A stretch of DNA of 58,171 nt, the filler included, from Circinaria calcarea (lineage: Eukaryota): NCBI GenBank assembly GCA_051942165.1. It is 4 parts of 4 records of this genome, joined end to end, with 100 filler letters (N's around TTAATTAATTAA, not from the genome) between each part and the next. Parts side by side here need not be neighbours in the genome. Positions count along the whole stretch, not along the records: positions 43,718 to 58,171 come from JAVECS010000429.1; 3 more parts are not named here. The stretch is one strand, 5' to 3'. Shown piece after piece: positions 47,337 to 58,171 of this stretch. Numbering within the stretch: the stretch's first letter is position 1; each line of letters begins with the position of its first letter. The notes below the pieces were generated by a model, which saw nothing but the letters and a program-made list of their open reading frames with translations, was not told the origin of the DNA and made no database searches. The translations under genes were made by a program, and so were the position numbers.

Positions 47337-49172
47337 CTATCCAGCATGCTCCACGATCTCACTCACCACCGCCCCATCCCTGACCACAGTCTTAAGCTGC
47401 TCCGGTACAGGACATTCCCTGTAATCATCCTCGTCCGTCACACCCGGCACATTAACATTGACAGCCGCGCATTTACTCGTGAAAATCTCCGTCCCCAGGC
47501 TCTCCCTCGATAGATAAATGGAAGCTCCGTCGACCTGATCCAGCATGATCGTCGGTAGAGTTCCGATGACTTGGAGCTCAAAACGAGGCGTCTTAATAAC
47601 GTCAACTGCAGATACTAAAGAATCGATAATCAAAGAGACTTGAGACGAAGAGTCGATGGAAATGGCGTTGGCTTTGTTGAGAACACGGATGGTGGTTTTG
47701 GTACAACGAGTGATGAGGATGGAGTGAGATATTCTCGCGTCAATCTCGATTAGCCCGTCCGAAGGATTATCGAAATTCTCGATGATCCACTTATTGCCAT
47801 CGAGCTCCTTCCGCGGAGGTTTCTTCGTCCGCATGCTCTCGGGCTTCGGTCTCTTTCCAGGAACAGGAGATTTGCCACGACTGGAAAGAGAGGATTGCGA
47901 ATCAGATGTCGAGGATGGGACGACAGCATTCGCACGAAGAGAAGGATTCTTATGCGTTTGTAACGATGGATCAACTTTTCGAAGACCAGCAGTAACAGCT
48001 TCGCCCTTGGAGAGCTGGTCGAAGATGGCGCCCATGTCAGAACTACCGCCGACCTTCGCACCATTAGTTGGCATCGGAGGTGGAGGAGGAGCATTGTCAA
48101 AAGACGGTAGAGGAGGCGGAGGCGGTGGTACGGAGGCTAACGGAGCTTTGGCTGCAGAACTGGACGAAGTTTGGCCAGATCTAACTTGATGGAGGGCCTC
48201 TAGTGGATCGATTCCATCTTTGTTGTTCCATGTTACACCAGTAGGATAATGCTGCTTGATATAACTAGCGAGGCTCTTGAAGATTCGATAGTAGGACTGA
48301 ACCCACTCGACGTGAGCATGATCCCTGCGAACATTAGGACATGATACTAAAGCTCATTGAGAGGTGCCGTACTTGTCCTTATATTCTCGGAGTACACGAT
48401 TCCCGTTATATTGTGCACTGCCAAGAGTATCTATAACATAATCTGCCGGTTTCGGGTCGATAGTAATCCATCCAAGCATTGCGATGCCTTCAGAAACCGT
48501 TGTGAGATGGTTGAAGAAGGGAGATCCTCGGTTGGCTTCTCGTATATCATTGACGGCGCCCATTGTTGACTGAAGGTCCTTGAGGATCTCCATGTATTTC
48601 GGAGACTGTATATCGGGCTTCTTGGCTTTCGTAGCGACAATGAGAAAATTGCGTTCCGCTACGAAAGCCCGGAGAACGGAAGCTGACTAGGGAAATATCA
48701 TTAGCCAAAATCATTGCCCTTATGTGACCCCCATCAGCTATGCGTACCTGCTCCGCAACAAGGCCCCCAAGATCTTCACTGAAATTGACATATGCATGTA
48801 CATCCCCATGTATCAAAGAGTCGAAATCATTGATAGCTTGTGGTAACGGTTCGACGCCTGACTTTGGTGTGGCACCTGTGTCAGGAGTATCTGCTGAAAT
48901 GGGAGCAGCAGCTAACCCAGCTATCGGGACTGTTCCGTTCGTCGACGAAGATGGATTCATGGGCATTGCTAGATCCTCCAAGCGCGAAGTAGCAGCCTCG
49001 AGCCTGTGAGCCAACTCCGTCAGTAGAGTTACGGGCGTAGGTCTTGTAGGCAGCAGGAGGAACGAACCTCTTGATCAAAGTGGTAAGGTTTCCCTGCCGT
49101 ATCTTCAGTAAAACATCCTTGGGGTGGAATGCATCGGCGTACCATCGTATTTGTCGTCATTGCGCCTGCCAT
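47337..49172 (-). CDS. SRV2: Adenylyl cyclase-associated protein (CAP)
   Basis: LTTLIK^RLEAATSRLED RLE motif, poly-Pro, WH2-like GLRKVDPSLQTHKNPSLR, and CARP C-terminus ...PVPEQ...EIVEHAG*. Confidence 0.96.
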
Positions 49173-49616
49173 TTTCTGGTGACTTTGCAGAGACGTATGA
49201 ATCGTATGAGCGTCCTCGGAGCAGTTCTGAACCTCGAGGCGGAAATGGATAGCTGCAGCGAACCTGCCGAAATCAATCGGTCGTACTTGACTCGAGCTCC
49301 TCAACAGTAGGTATTATTGTATCTTGGGCCCAAATAGTACTTAATGTATTGGCACTCTTCTTAGATTTCTACATTCAGTTCCTGTACACCGCTTTTCTTG
49401 TGTTTCTTGTATTCAGAGCTCGTTCATACTTTGGATTGCCTGTAGCTTACCCCTGCCGGAATAATGTCACTAGCGGGCTCTGCCATATTGGAGAAGGGTG
49501 TTAAAAGCGGCATTAGTCCCATGGCATTCATTAGTCGATTGAAGAGAGATGAACGACAGGAACTGGGCAAACATTGTCTTAATGAATACCTCAAACCCGG
49601 GTCAGGAGAATACACT

Positions 49617-51055
49617 ATGTCAGTCTTCAACAACCAAAGAGCATCCAACATGTCAGGCAAAGCTGATTCTATAGGGACTTTGTTACTCTTGGCATGTTTA
49701 TTATTGGTATATTCTTCGGCTATGATATACAATGCTCGGAATCTATTACTGATTACCTAAGACGAGATACATTTTCCACCGCCGAAACCTCCTGTCAAAG
49801 ACATCATCGGAGGCGCTGGCTCGTATGCGGCCATTGGCGCAAGACTCCTCCGGAGATCCGGACAAGCCCATCTCATTGGCTGGGCTATCCATGTTGGTAG
49901 TGATTTTCCACCTGCTATGCTCCAACAGATCCAATCCTGGGAGACAGATATCAAGTTAATTGACACCAAGGACCGATTGACCACGAGAGCCTGGAACAGA
50001 TATGACGCGGACGAATTTAGAGGTAATACAATCGCGCCGCACCTGAGGCTGATTCAGTCACTAAGGCATGCTGTTCTTTAGTTTTCAAGTATCTCACCCC
50101 TAAATTCCGAGTCGACCATACACAATTGAGCCCGAAGCAGCTTCTTTCGAAGATCTTCCACCTCGTTTGTGCACCAGCACGTTGTATGAATCTGGTGAAC
50201 GGTATCCTAAACGCTCGACAAGAGCTCAAGGCATCTGGTGCACTCAATGGCGACACCCTCAGTGGTCGGAAAAACGTGCCAAACTTAAGACCTTTTGAAC
50301 CGCCCATTTTTGTTTGGGAGCCCGTCCCTGACTGCTGTACTCCAGAAGAGCTTCCTAATGTCCTTGAGGCACTAAAACTGGTAGATGTGATCAGCCCGAA
50401 TCACCAGGAACTCCGTGCTCTCTTCGGGGAGACTGGACCAGACTTATTCGGAGCCTGTGAGCTTGCAGTCATTGAGCGGCAGTGTAACGAGCTCTTGTCC
50501 AAAGGGTTCGGGAAAAAGCCGAGTGCTGTTGTCGTTCGTCGTGGTGACCGAGGCTGCTATGTTGCATCGAACACCCGTCATTCATGGTTTCCAGCTTATC
50601 ATAGGCCCCGAGAAGACCTTGATAAGGAAGGACAGAAGGCTTGGACTCAGAAGGTTGTAGATCCGACAGGGGGCGGAAATGCATTCCTCGGAGGGTTCTG
50701 CATTGGACTTTTGGATGTCATGCCCCAAGATAAGACGGAATTTGAGAATGCTGCAATATGCGGTTCTGTAGCGGCTAGCTTTGCAATCGAACAGTATGGT
50801 ATGCCTTCCATGAGTCGAACTGAGGATGGGGAAGAGCTTTGGAACGGAGAATCAGTCAAGGACAGGTTGGCTGAATTCTGCAAACGATTACCATTAGAGA
50901 GGCTAAGTGAGGAGGCAAAGGTCAAAGCCTCCTTATATGGGCCATGCCCAGCGCTCGTTTTTGGTGAAGCTAAAATCAGAATGGAACGTATACCGGCAGA
51001 CTTCGATGGCAACCCTCAGTTCCCCATGGATCACATTGATGAAAAAGATCGTTAG
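49617..51055 (+). CDS. PfkB-family carbohydrate kinase-like protein (MAK32-like)
   Basis: M^DFVTLGMFII^DEI, GGAGSYAAIGAR, VGSDFP, TTRAWN, WEPVPD, SPNHQEL, VVDPTGGGNAFLGG and AASFAIEQ. An in-frame upstream ATG at 49464 is possible. Confidence 0.9.
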
Positions 51056-51268
51056 AGTTGTTAGTCATTGCATTTGCATTGCAGGACCACGGGGGTAATT
51101 GGAGTATGAAAGGGGCTGGTCACAAGACAGATATGAGCTTTTTCATAGGTTTTTCAACGATACTGTATCTGTACAAGAGGGCAGATAGGCTCTATTAGCA
51201 TCAGCTGATGCTCCGTACGCATAACACCGGAGGGTTGACCAAAACCCAACGCCTCAATGCACAAAAAA

Positions 51269-51699
51269 CTAAACGTCAATGTTGCCCCTCGGCAGCCTTT
51301 TCATGCTCTATGATTTGCCTACTCCACCTAAATCTTTACGTTAGCACCGGATGATCCGACGTTTGAGGGAAGAATTTCTGCCACTAGCTCACCATCTGCT
51401 GGGGAAGAACCTCCCTTTTTCAGGAAACTTTGTTCGGTATTCCCGATCCGCACTGATGCTCCATGCCATTACGGTGATACCAACTACGACTCCCGCCATC
51501 ACTGCCGTATTGGCTTTCCAGTTCGCAGGTTGTGCGTACCAACCCCCAGCGGGCGACCAAACATGTTTAGGGTAGCTGAATTTTATTAATTATATCTCTG
51601 TTGGAATAAAGTAAGAACATACGGTATCTTGCCACCACTCGAATGTGATATGGCCGCACCTTTCGATTGTACCGTCTTGATTGAATGGTCTCCCTCCAT
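51269..51699 (-). CDS. Small conserved single-TM mitochondrial protein, complex I accessory subunit NUUM-like (absent from ORF track)
   Basis: Three exons give ...SGGKIP^YPKHVWSPAGGWYAQPANWKANTAVMAGVVVGITVMAWSISADREYRTKFPEKGRFFPSRW^WSRQIIEHERLPRGNIDV*. Introns have GTATGT and GTGAGC donors. Confidence 0.85.
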
Positions 51700-51953
51700 C
51701 TCAGGCTGTCGAGTTTGAGAAACTTCTGAGGTTTCCGCTGTTCTGCGGAGAGAACGTCGAGGTCTTGGCAGCTGCTAAACTTTGTCTCAGCCCTATATGT
51801 ACAATTTACAGATCCTCAACAACACGACCTTTGGAGAAATTTAGTTCATGCAACAAGTCTACAAAAACTGCATTTACGAAGCGGATTTCGGATTACATAC
51901 ACTGAGAGTGCAGGAGAGAGAGCGTTAAGGTAATCGATGCGTACGGATCACTG

Positions 51954-53216
51954 ATGAAAGCATTACGACTCCTACGATGGAGTGGTTCAGTACTATCCCC
52001 CAGGACCAGGCCGTGTTGCCTTGCCCGTCATATCACCTTGAGTGCACGCCTCCAATCCACAGCTCCAGCTCTGGCCCCACAAATACCCGATGACATCCCA
52101 CCTGCGAATATTCCCCAACCTTCCGAGTACGACCTGCGTCAACTACCATCTCCGCCTCCCTCACGTGCTGCTTCTTCCGCAAGACTTGCCGCCCTCCACG
52201 CTCGGCTTTCACTATCCTCCCGCCTTCCTCTCGAAACCCTCGCCCGCTGCCTCGTTGACCCTACCGCAGACCCCGACCCTGCCTTCAATAATTCCTCCTT
52301 TGCGATCCTGGGAAATGACCTGCTGGGCTACTACACCTCCGAAGCCATCCTCTGCCGCTACCCTCGCCTCCCAATGCCAGTCATACTCGCTGCCATGTGG
52401 GCTTACAGTGGTCCCAAAACATTACACGCCATCACCCGAGAATGGGGTGTGGAACTTGCCGCCGAGCCTGGAGGGGAAGTCGATCCAGGGCTCCTACAAT
52501 GCCGGAGAGTGACAGCCGGAAACGCAGACATCGACCGCTCAGGTAGACGATTTAAAGACTCCGAAGGTCCCTTCGGCGAAGCACCTGCCCTCCAAAGTAC
52601 CCGCTCCAACGCAGAGAAAGGCGGGAAAAGGGATATCAGCAGCCGCACCGTCTATGACGACTACTTTGGCGAAAAATATGGCCACACAGAAGTGGATTAC
52701 GCCGAGCGACCCGAACTGCGAGAACAAGACGCCGCAGGCCGTCGCAAAAAAGGTACCACCGCCGAAAGTGCCAGCACGAACTTTGTCCGCGCAGTCATGG
52801 GCGCTGTCTACCTACACGGCGGCCGCCGAGCCGCCAAAGCGTTCTTCCAAGCGCATATCCTGAGCCGACACCTCGACGTCGGCAAAATGTTCGAGTTTCG
52901 CCAACCCACGCGGGATCTGTCTCGCCTGTGTGCACGCGAAGGTTTCGAAGGCCCCATTGCGCGGATCACGAGCGAAACTGGACGCTTGAGTCGGCATCCT
53001 CTGTTTGTAGTTGGCGTGTTTAGCGGGAAAGAGAAATTGGGCGAGGGCCAGGGAGGGAGTAAGGATGAAGCGAGGATACGAGCGGCGATTAATGCGATGA
53101 AGGGGTGGTATTTGTATAGTCCGCTGGACGTACGAGTACCTAGTGAGATGGAGGGGACTGAGAAGACGAAGCCGTGGACGCCGGTTCTGGTGGATTGCGG
53201 GGAGGTGGTTGTCTAG
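51954..53216 (+). CDS. MRPL3: Mitochondrial large ribosomal subunit protein mL44 (RNase III-like + dsRBD)
   Basis: Arg-rich presequence, LAALHARLSL, YPRLP, EPGGEVDPGLL, QPTRDLSRLCAREGFE, SETGRLSRHP and KGWYLYSP. Confidence 0.93.
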   Translation: MKALRLLRWSGSVLSPRTRPCCLARHITLSARLQSTAPALAPQIPDDIPPANIPQPSEYDLRQLPSPPPSRAASSARLAALHARLSLSSRLPLETLARCLVDPTADPDPAFNNSSFAILGNDLLGYYTSEAILCRYPRLPMPVILAAMWAYSGPKTLHAITREWGVELAAEPGGEVDPGLLQCRRVTAGNADIDRSGRRFKDSEGPFGEAPALQSTRSNAEKGGKRDISSRTVYDDYFGEKYGHTEVDYAERPELREQDAAGRRKKGTTAESASTNFVRAVMGAVYLHGGRRAAKAFFQAHILSRHLDVGKMFEFRQPTRDLSRLCAREGFEGPIARITSETGRLSRHPLFVVGVFSGKEKLGEGQGGSKDEARIRAAINAMKGWYLYSPLDVRVPSEMEGTEKTKPWTPVLVDCGEVVV

Positions 53217-53816
53217 GGGTTGAGTGGAGAGGAGGACCATAGCCGAACTGAGAGGAGGATCGTAGCCAACTGGACGGGGCTGGGGGTTATCTCCGACTGG
53301 CAATGGACGCCATCGCCGAGTCCAGAGGAAGGAAAGGGCTCCTAGGCCTTTGAGCCGCTCGCTGTATTTGGAGATACGCCTTGTTTATACCACCTCAAGG
53401 GTTTTTGCGCCTTTACGGAAAGGGAGGAGGTTATTTGGATCGCACAGCGTTAGCAGAGAAAGCTCATAGCTAGGCGAGCCAATGTCCGTGTATGTGTACG
53501 CGCATTGTATATAAAGTATATTCTACTCCCGGAACGCAAGCAAGTGGGGGGTGGGGTTTTGTATAGAAGAACAATAGGGCAAAAAGGGGACCGGTCATAC
53601 GCTACTCCTTGACACCAAGATTTTTTTCCCAAACGCACAACTATTGTAAACTATAACCTTTCCGAGTTTTGCAACGTTCAATCGTATTTAAATATCGACC
53701 GACGGCTATTTCAGTTGAGTGAGGGGAAGCATCAGGATATACCAAGACGGGATTGTACATGGAAAAACTACTCATAAAGTCTTGCGAAAAAAAATCTGCC
53801 GGCCAAAATGCAACTT

Positions 53817-55419
53817 TCATCTCCTTCTCGGTCCCAACTCCCCGTTCAGACATTCCAACACTGTCTCGCCCACGATCCCTTGGTTGACCAGATACTTTGC
53901 TAATCCCCGAACGACTTCGACCTGCTCCTCCCCACTCAGTCCTTGGATCGCCGTCTCAATCACCCCTCCCACGCTGGCTTTGTATTCCGCGATGAAGCTT
54001 TGATAGTACATGAATGCGAAGAAGCCCATGATGAATTGACAGTCCATTCGGTCAGTGATACCGCCGTGGCCGGGTATGCTTTCGCCAAAGTCCTTAACTT
54101 TAAACGTACGTTTGAGACCCGAGGCGAAGAAGCCGCCAAAGGGTGCAATGAGCGAGGCGAAGGTCGCAAAAACGAGGATGTGGAACTGCATGGGGGCGAT
54201 CGAGAACGTACGGTTTATGTGAGTCCAGGCGGGTAGCTGATATGGTCGGGCAAGGAAAACAGGGTTGGGATTGCAGGACAGGCCAGTGAGGAAATTGGAA
54301 CCAAGGTCCTGGATCGTTGCCGTTAGTCTCAAATTTATCATCGATAATGTCTGGGAATTCTGACTTACATCGACAGGGCAGATGAAGTAGTTGTACCGCA
54401 TCAGTATATTGGTCATACCTATGCCGAAGATGATGGTGAAGACCCAGGCACCGACAAATCCTTCAACGGTTTTTTTCGGAGAAAGTTTGATTAGTTGAGT
54501 GCGGCCAAAGGTAATACCGCAAATGTAGGCGAAGATATCGTTCGTGATTACAAGGGAGGCCGGTAGGAAGAACCAGATCATTCCCTCGAAAATGTTATTC
54601 ATGATGAAATGTGCTTGAACCACAATGAGGTAGAGTGCCATGTGCGTCCAGGCAAATTGCGTAAACTGAAATCGATAATGACCCTTTTGCAAAGACGCAA
54701 CGAAGAAGACGAAGCCTGGATAAGCCAAATGTGAGCCGCAGTCCGTATTCTGGAGACGGATAATATTTACTGACCTATAATGTACAGCATGAAGCTTATG
54801 AAGCGGTGATGCGTAGCGAACGGTAACAACGCCTTATCGACCAGTACAATGTGTTTAAAGTAGTAGATGACGCTTTCACCATACAAGAAGTACATAACCG
54901 TTCCCAGGAAGTACCAATTCAAAGATCTTGTGAATGGTAGGTTTTTTGCCCTGCTCGGGACATTCGCAATGGCAATGACTTCTTTGAATGATACAATCTG
55001 GATTGCCGTCACGATACCTATCATGTAGATGTGCCCAGAAAACATGGCAACGAAGAAGACTGCGATCATCACGAAAGTCCATATCGTTCGCGTGATAAAC
55101 GTCTGCTTCTTTTTTTCGTAATCAGTCTGAGGAGAGGGTTGTATAGCCTGTTCAACGTCTATCAGTACTTGAAACCACCGACACTCTGTGCGGCTGTAGC
55201 TAGGTTGAGCTCTACCAAAGCTCTACCAGGACGGTACTGGTATGGGTAGGTAAGGCGTACCTCTTCCTGGCTTACTTCAAGTTTGCCGTTGATCCCAAGT
55301 TTTATCGGACTGCCGGGCTCGGATGGTCCTTCACTCATCTCTGATATGCTCTGCCTTCTCCCTTCATGGTTGTTGCTCCCCCTATGCTGAAATTGAACAC
55401 TCCGCCGGGGTTTGCCCAT
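53817..55419 (-). CDS. CDS1: Phosphatidate cytidylyltransferase (CDP-DAG synthase)
   Basis: LIKLSPKKTVEGF, APFGGFFASGLKRTFKVKDFGESIPGHGGITDRMDCQ signature, and multiple TM exons. Confidence 0.97.
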
Positions 55420-55996
55420 TGCCAATTTTGCTCACGAGAGCGATGCGTGGGGACCCAGGAGTATCGTTCTTTTCCCCAGTTTGCCGTCAACCTGTCCGCA
55501 ATGCCTCTTTTGCTGTATACCTCAAGGTAAGATTGTTTGATGATTGTGAACAGTCGATCAAGGTGTATCGCGGTCGCGGTGGATCCAGTATTACAATTCG
55601 GACGGGGCGGAAAGTGTGGTGCTGCATCTATAAGCTAAGATTCGAGAACTGGAGAGATTACTGGAGTCCTACTAGGTCGTTCTGTTTGTGGATTGGAAGT
55701 TGGTAGAGCTATCAGGCGGGGTTGTACTTATCAGCCTTAGGTCCAGTTTATGCAGCTCCGAATGTTATTAGGGAAGAAAGATCGTCATATTACCGATCTC
55801 AGCCTTGTCTGCTACAAGGGGGTTCTTTATACCTGAAGCGAGAAAGCATGTGCTCTGCTTCCAATCTATAGAGAACATACATACACGGCATCTAAGATGG
55901 AGGCGCGCCCCGGCGTGTGTTCCATTCCAATAGCAGAGTAGACACCGCTGGATGTTCCAATACCAGCTTCCCTCATGACTATCATAGACGAATGGC

Positions 55997-58171
55997 ATGG
56001 CCGATATCGACGAAGACGATGGGTATTCCGATGATGATCTGGATGCCCTGCCATCTCATGATTTCCTGGAGCTTCAGCATCAAGCAATCCAGTCTACACA
56101 ACAGCAACCGGTGCACGCAAACACCATCCCCAGCAACACTACCTTTGAGGCTCTACCTCCGCCACGAAACCTACGCCCAGGGCATGCGAGTCTGCATGCA
56201 AACACAAATGCTCTGACGCACATGCACACAAACAACTCCTTTCAACAACCCTCATCGGATTATGGAGACATCGATGATGAGATCTTGGACGGAGAGATAC
56301 TGAGTATCCCAGAGCGCGCACTAAAATATACGTCAAAAGACCCTACATTACAGCATGGAGCTGGGGAGGCCGCACAGGGACAGTCAGGGGAACAGCAGCG
56401 CTATGCCGCACCTCCACGGCTCCAGAGACCCCAGCAACTCCAGCATGGCTCTCAATACCAGGCAACCATCAGAGTTGTGCCATCCAGACCCGCCATTGAA
56501 GACAGCGGTTACTATGCAGCTCCTGATGTCGACGAAACCATGCTAGATGCGCCTGCAGATGAAGAACAGTATCAAGTTAGACCAGCGTTGCAGACAGACG
56601 GTAAAGATGGCCTTGAAGCTAAAGTTGAAGAAGTAGCTACGAATCTAGCACCTCGACGCAGCTACAGTTATTAACGTCTTTCTTACAGCTCCTCCATGAA
56701 CGAGAATCTTTGCAGCAGGCCGTCAAAGCTGCCAACGATCTAGCCCTTGCGAAGGCTGGCGAAATCTCTATAGTGCGAGCCAACCAGATGAAGGCATCCA
56801 AAGAGCATGAACGGCAGATGGCGGCGCTACAAAAGTTACATACAGATGCAGCTGCACGGCAAAAAGTCGAGATTGAGAGCGCTCGAGCAGAGCGAGAACG
56901 GATCGCAACAGAGAACAGATTTCTGAAACGTGATCTTATTGAAGAAAGTGAGAAAGCAAAGCAATTACAAAGGTTGGCAAAAGGTACAGCCGGAAGAACC
57001 AACGGCGGATCCGTAACCACCCCTAAGAAGGGCACAACTGCAACCCTGGCTTACCGTGATAATTTACGAGATGGCTTTGATGACGACGAGATTCAAGCGA
57101 TCTCTCCATCCAAGATCAACCCGAAGTCAAAAGCGATGACACCTAAGCCTGGGGCGAAGCGAAAGCGAAAGGCCGTTGACGATAGCCCTGGACAGCCACT
57201 ACAGCTAAGTCAACCTAAGAGAGACGAGTTACCTGACGCCCCCGCGCAAATTTCGACATCCAGTGTTGGTTTTACAAGTGCCCGAGTAGATCGGAGCGGA
57301 GATAAGCGTTTTGAGGTACCTATCTACTTTGACCACTCCCTCGTTCATTAAAGGAGCTAACTTTCCATAGGTCACTCAAATGGTTCTCAATCATCGCATA
57401 AAGCATGATGGAAAACGTACTTTTGAAGCACTCGCGGATTTTGCTTATCCTTCGCAGCCAATGACCGCCTTATCCACTATATTTCTTGACAAGCTGGCAT
57501 CTCTTAGTTACAAACGAGATATCGAAGACTTTCCAGCCGCGCTTGGGATGATTCTGATGGCACTGTGGTCCCAATGCGTTCAGGAAAAATACGTAAGGCG
57601 GGTTAACCTCATTCTTGACAGCGAACTAACAGACCCATGAGTACCCTCCACTGTATCTTCTTATAGACCTGGTCAAATTCCTCCTTGTGATCGATCCCAT
57701 CGCTACCGCTCCTCACCTCGTGGATGATCTTGTGCTCCTTACCCAACTCACTGCGGATATCAACGTGATCCCACGCTTCAGGCGCAAGCCACCTACTGAG
57801 TTAAGCAGGGAAATTGATACTAATGAATGCCTTCAGATCCTACATCTTCTTGCATGCGGTTGTGCGAGACGTCAAGAGGACATTGAACGCTTCTGGCGCT
57901 CAATGCGTTTTGATTTCATATTGATGATGCTCAAGAACCTGCAACCAATCGAAGACATTGAATTGATGTTAACCCTCTTGCGAACTAGTACATTGGAAGA
58001 CTCGTTTGCGATGAGAGTCGCGCCTCAGGAAGCGGATCAGTCAATATCGGAGATGCATGTCATCGATAGGGTCTCTGCGATGCTGATTGAAGTACCGAAA
58101 GTTGCCGAAGGCGAAGAGCCGTACGACGCCGTTGAGGTTGCTGAGATGCGACTAGAAGCTCTTGCCTTGAT
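55997..58171 (+). CDS. rad26: Checkpoint protein Rad26/ATRIP (UvsD-like), 3' truncated
   Basis: Acidic N-terminus DDGYSDDDLDAL..ELQHQAIQSTQ, coiled coil AKAGEISIVRAN..TENRFL, TTPKK, DGFDDDEI, KRKRK NLS, and helical C-terminal region (FWRSMRFDFILMML). Confidence 0.85.

Noticed and set aside
1..58171. tRNA, rRNA or snRNA genes
   Set aside because: None recognised by eye; tRNAscan-SE and Infernal would be needed to exclude them.

Overview
DNA from a filamentous ascomycete (Pezizomycotina; GT-AG introns with CTAAC/CTGAC branch points). The window is not one locus. It is four unrelated ~14.5-kb contigs (1-14478, 14579-29054, 29155-43617, 43718-58171; lengths 14478/14476/14463/14454, strictly descending) joined by identical artificial spacers of 44 N + TTAATTAATTAA + 44 N. 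Contig A is transposon-rich. It holds the 3' end of an intact Ty1/copia element with PPT and LTR, an atypical Hsp70-like gene, a piggyBac transposase split by a solo LTR (5-bp TSD) with a second inverted LTR beside it, a hidden and internally duplicated dynamin-like GTPase relic, and a disabled kinase. Contig B holds a decaying biosynthetic-cluster remnant (MFS pump, headless transcription factor, disabled Diels-Alderase-like gene), a HeLo-like/NACHT/ankyrin NLR, a solo LTR, an orphan membrane protein, an inverted-repeat-bounded element containing a perfect 50-bp palindrome, and a 2-hydroxyacid dehydrogenase. Contig C holds two divergent P450s, a PTH11-like membrane protein, an SRPBCC protein, and disabled PP2C and kinase genes. 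Contig D holds housekeeping genes with no visible lesions: a BSP-domain protein, PTEN/TEP1, CAP/SRV2, a MAK32-like PfkB kinase, a small NUUM-like complex I subunit missed by the ORF track, MRPL3, CDS1 and Rad26/ATRIP. All family calls come from motif recognition by eye; no database search was run.
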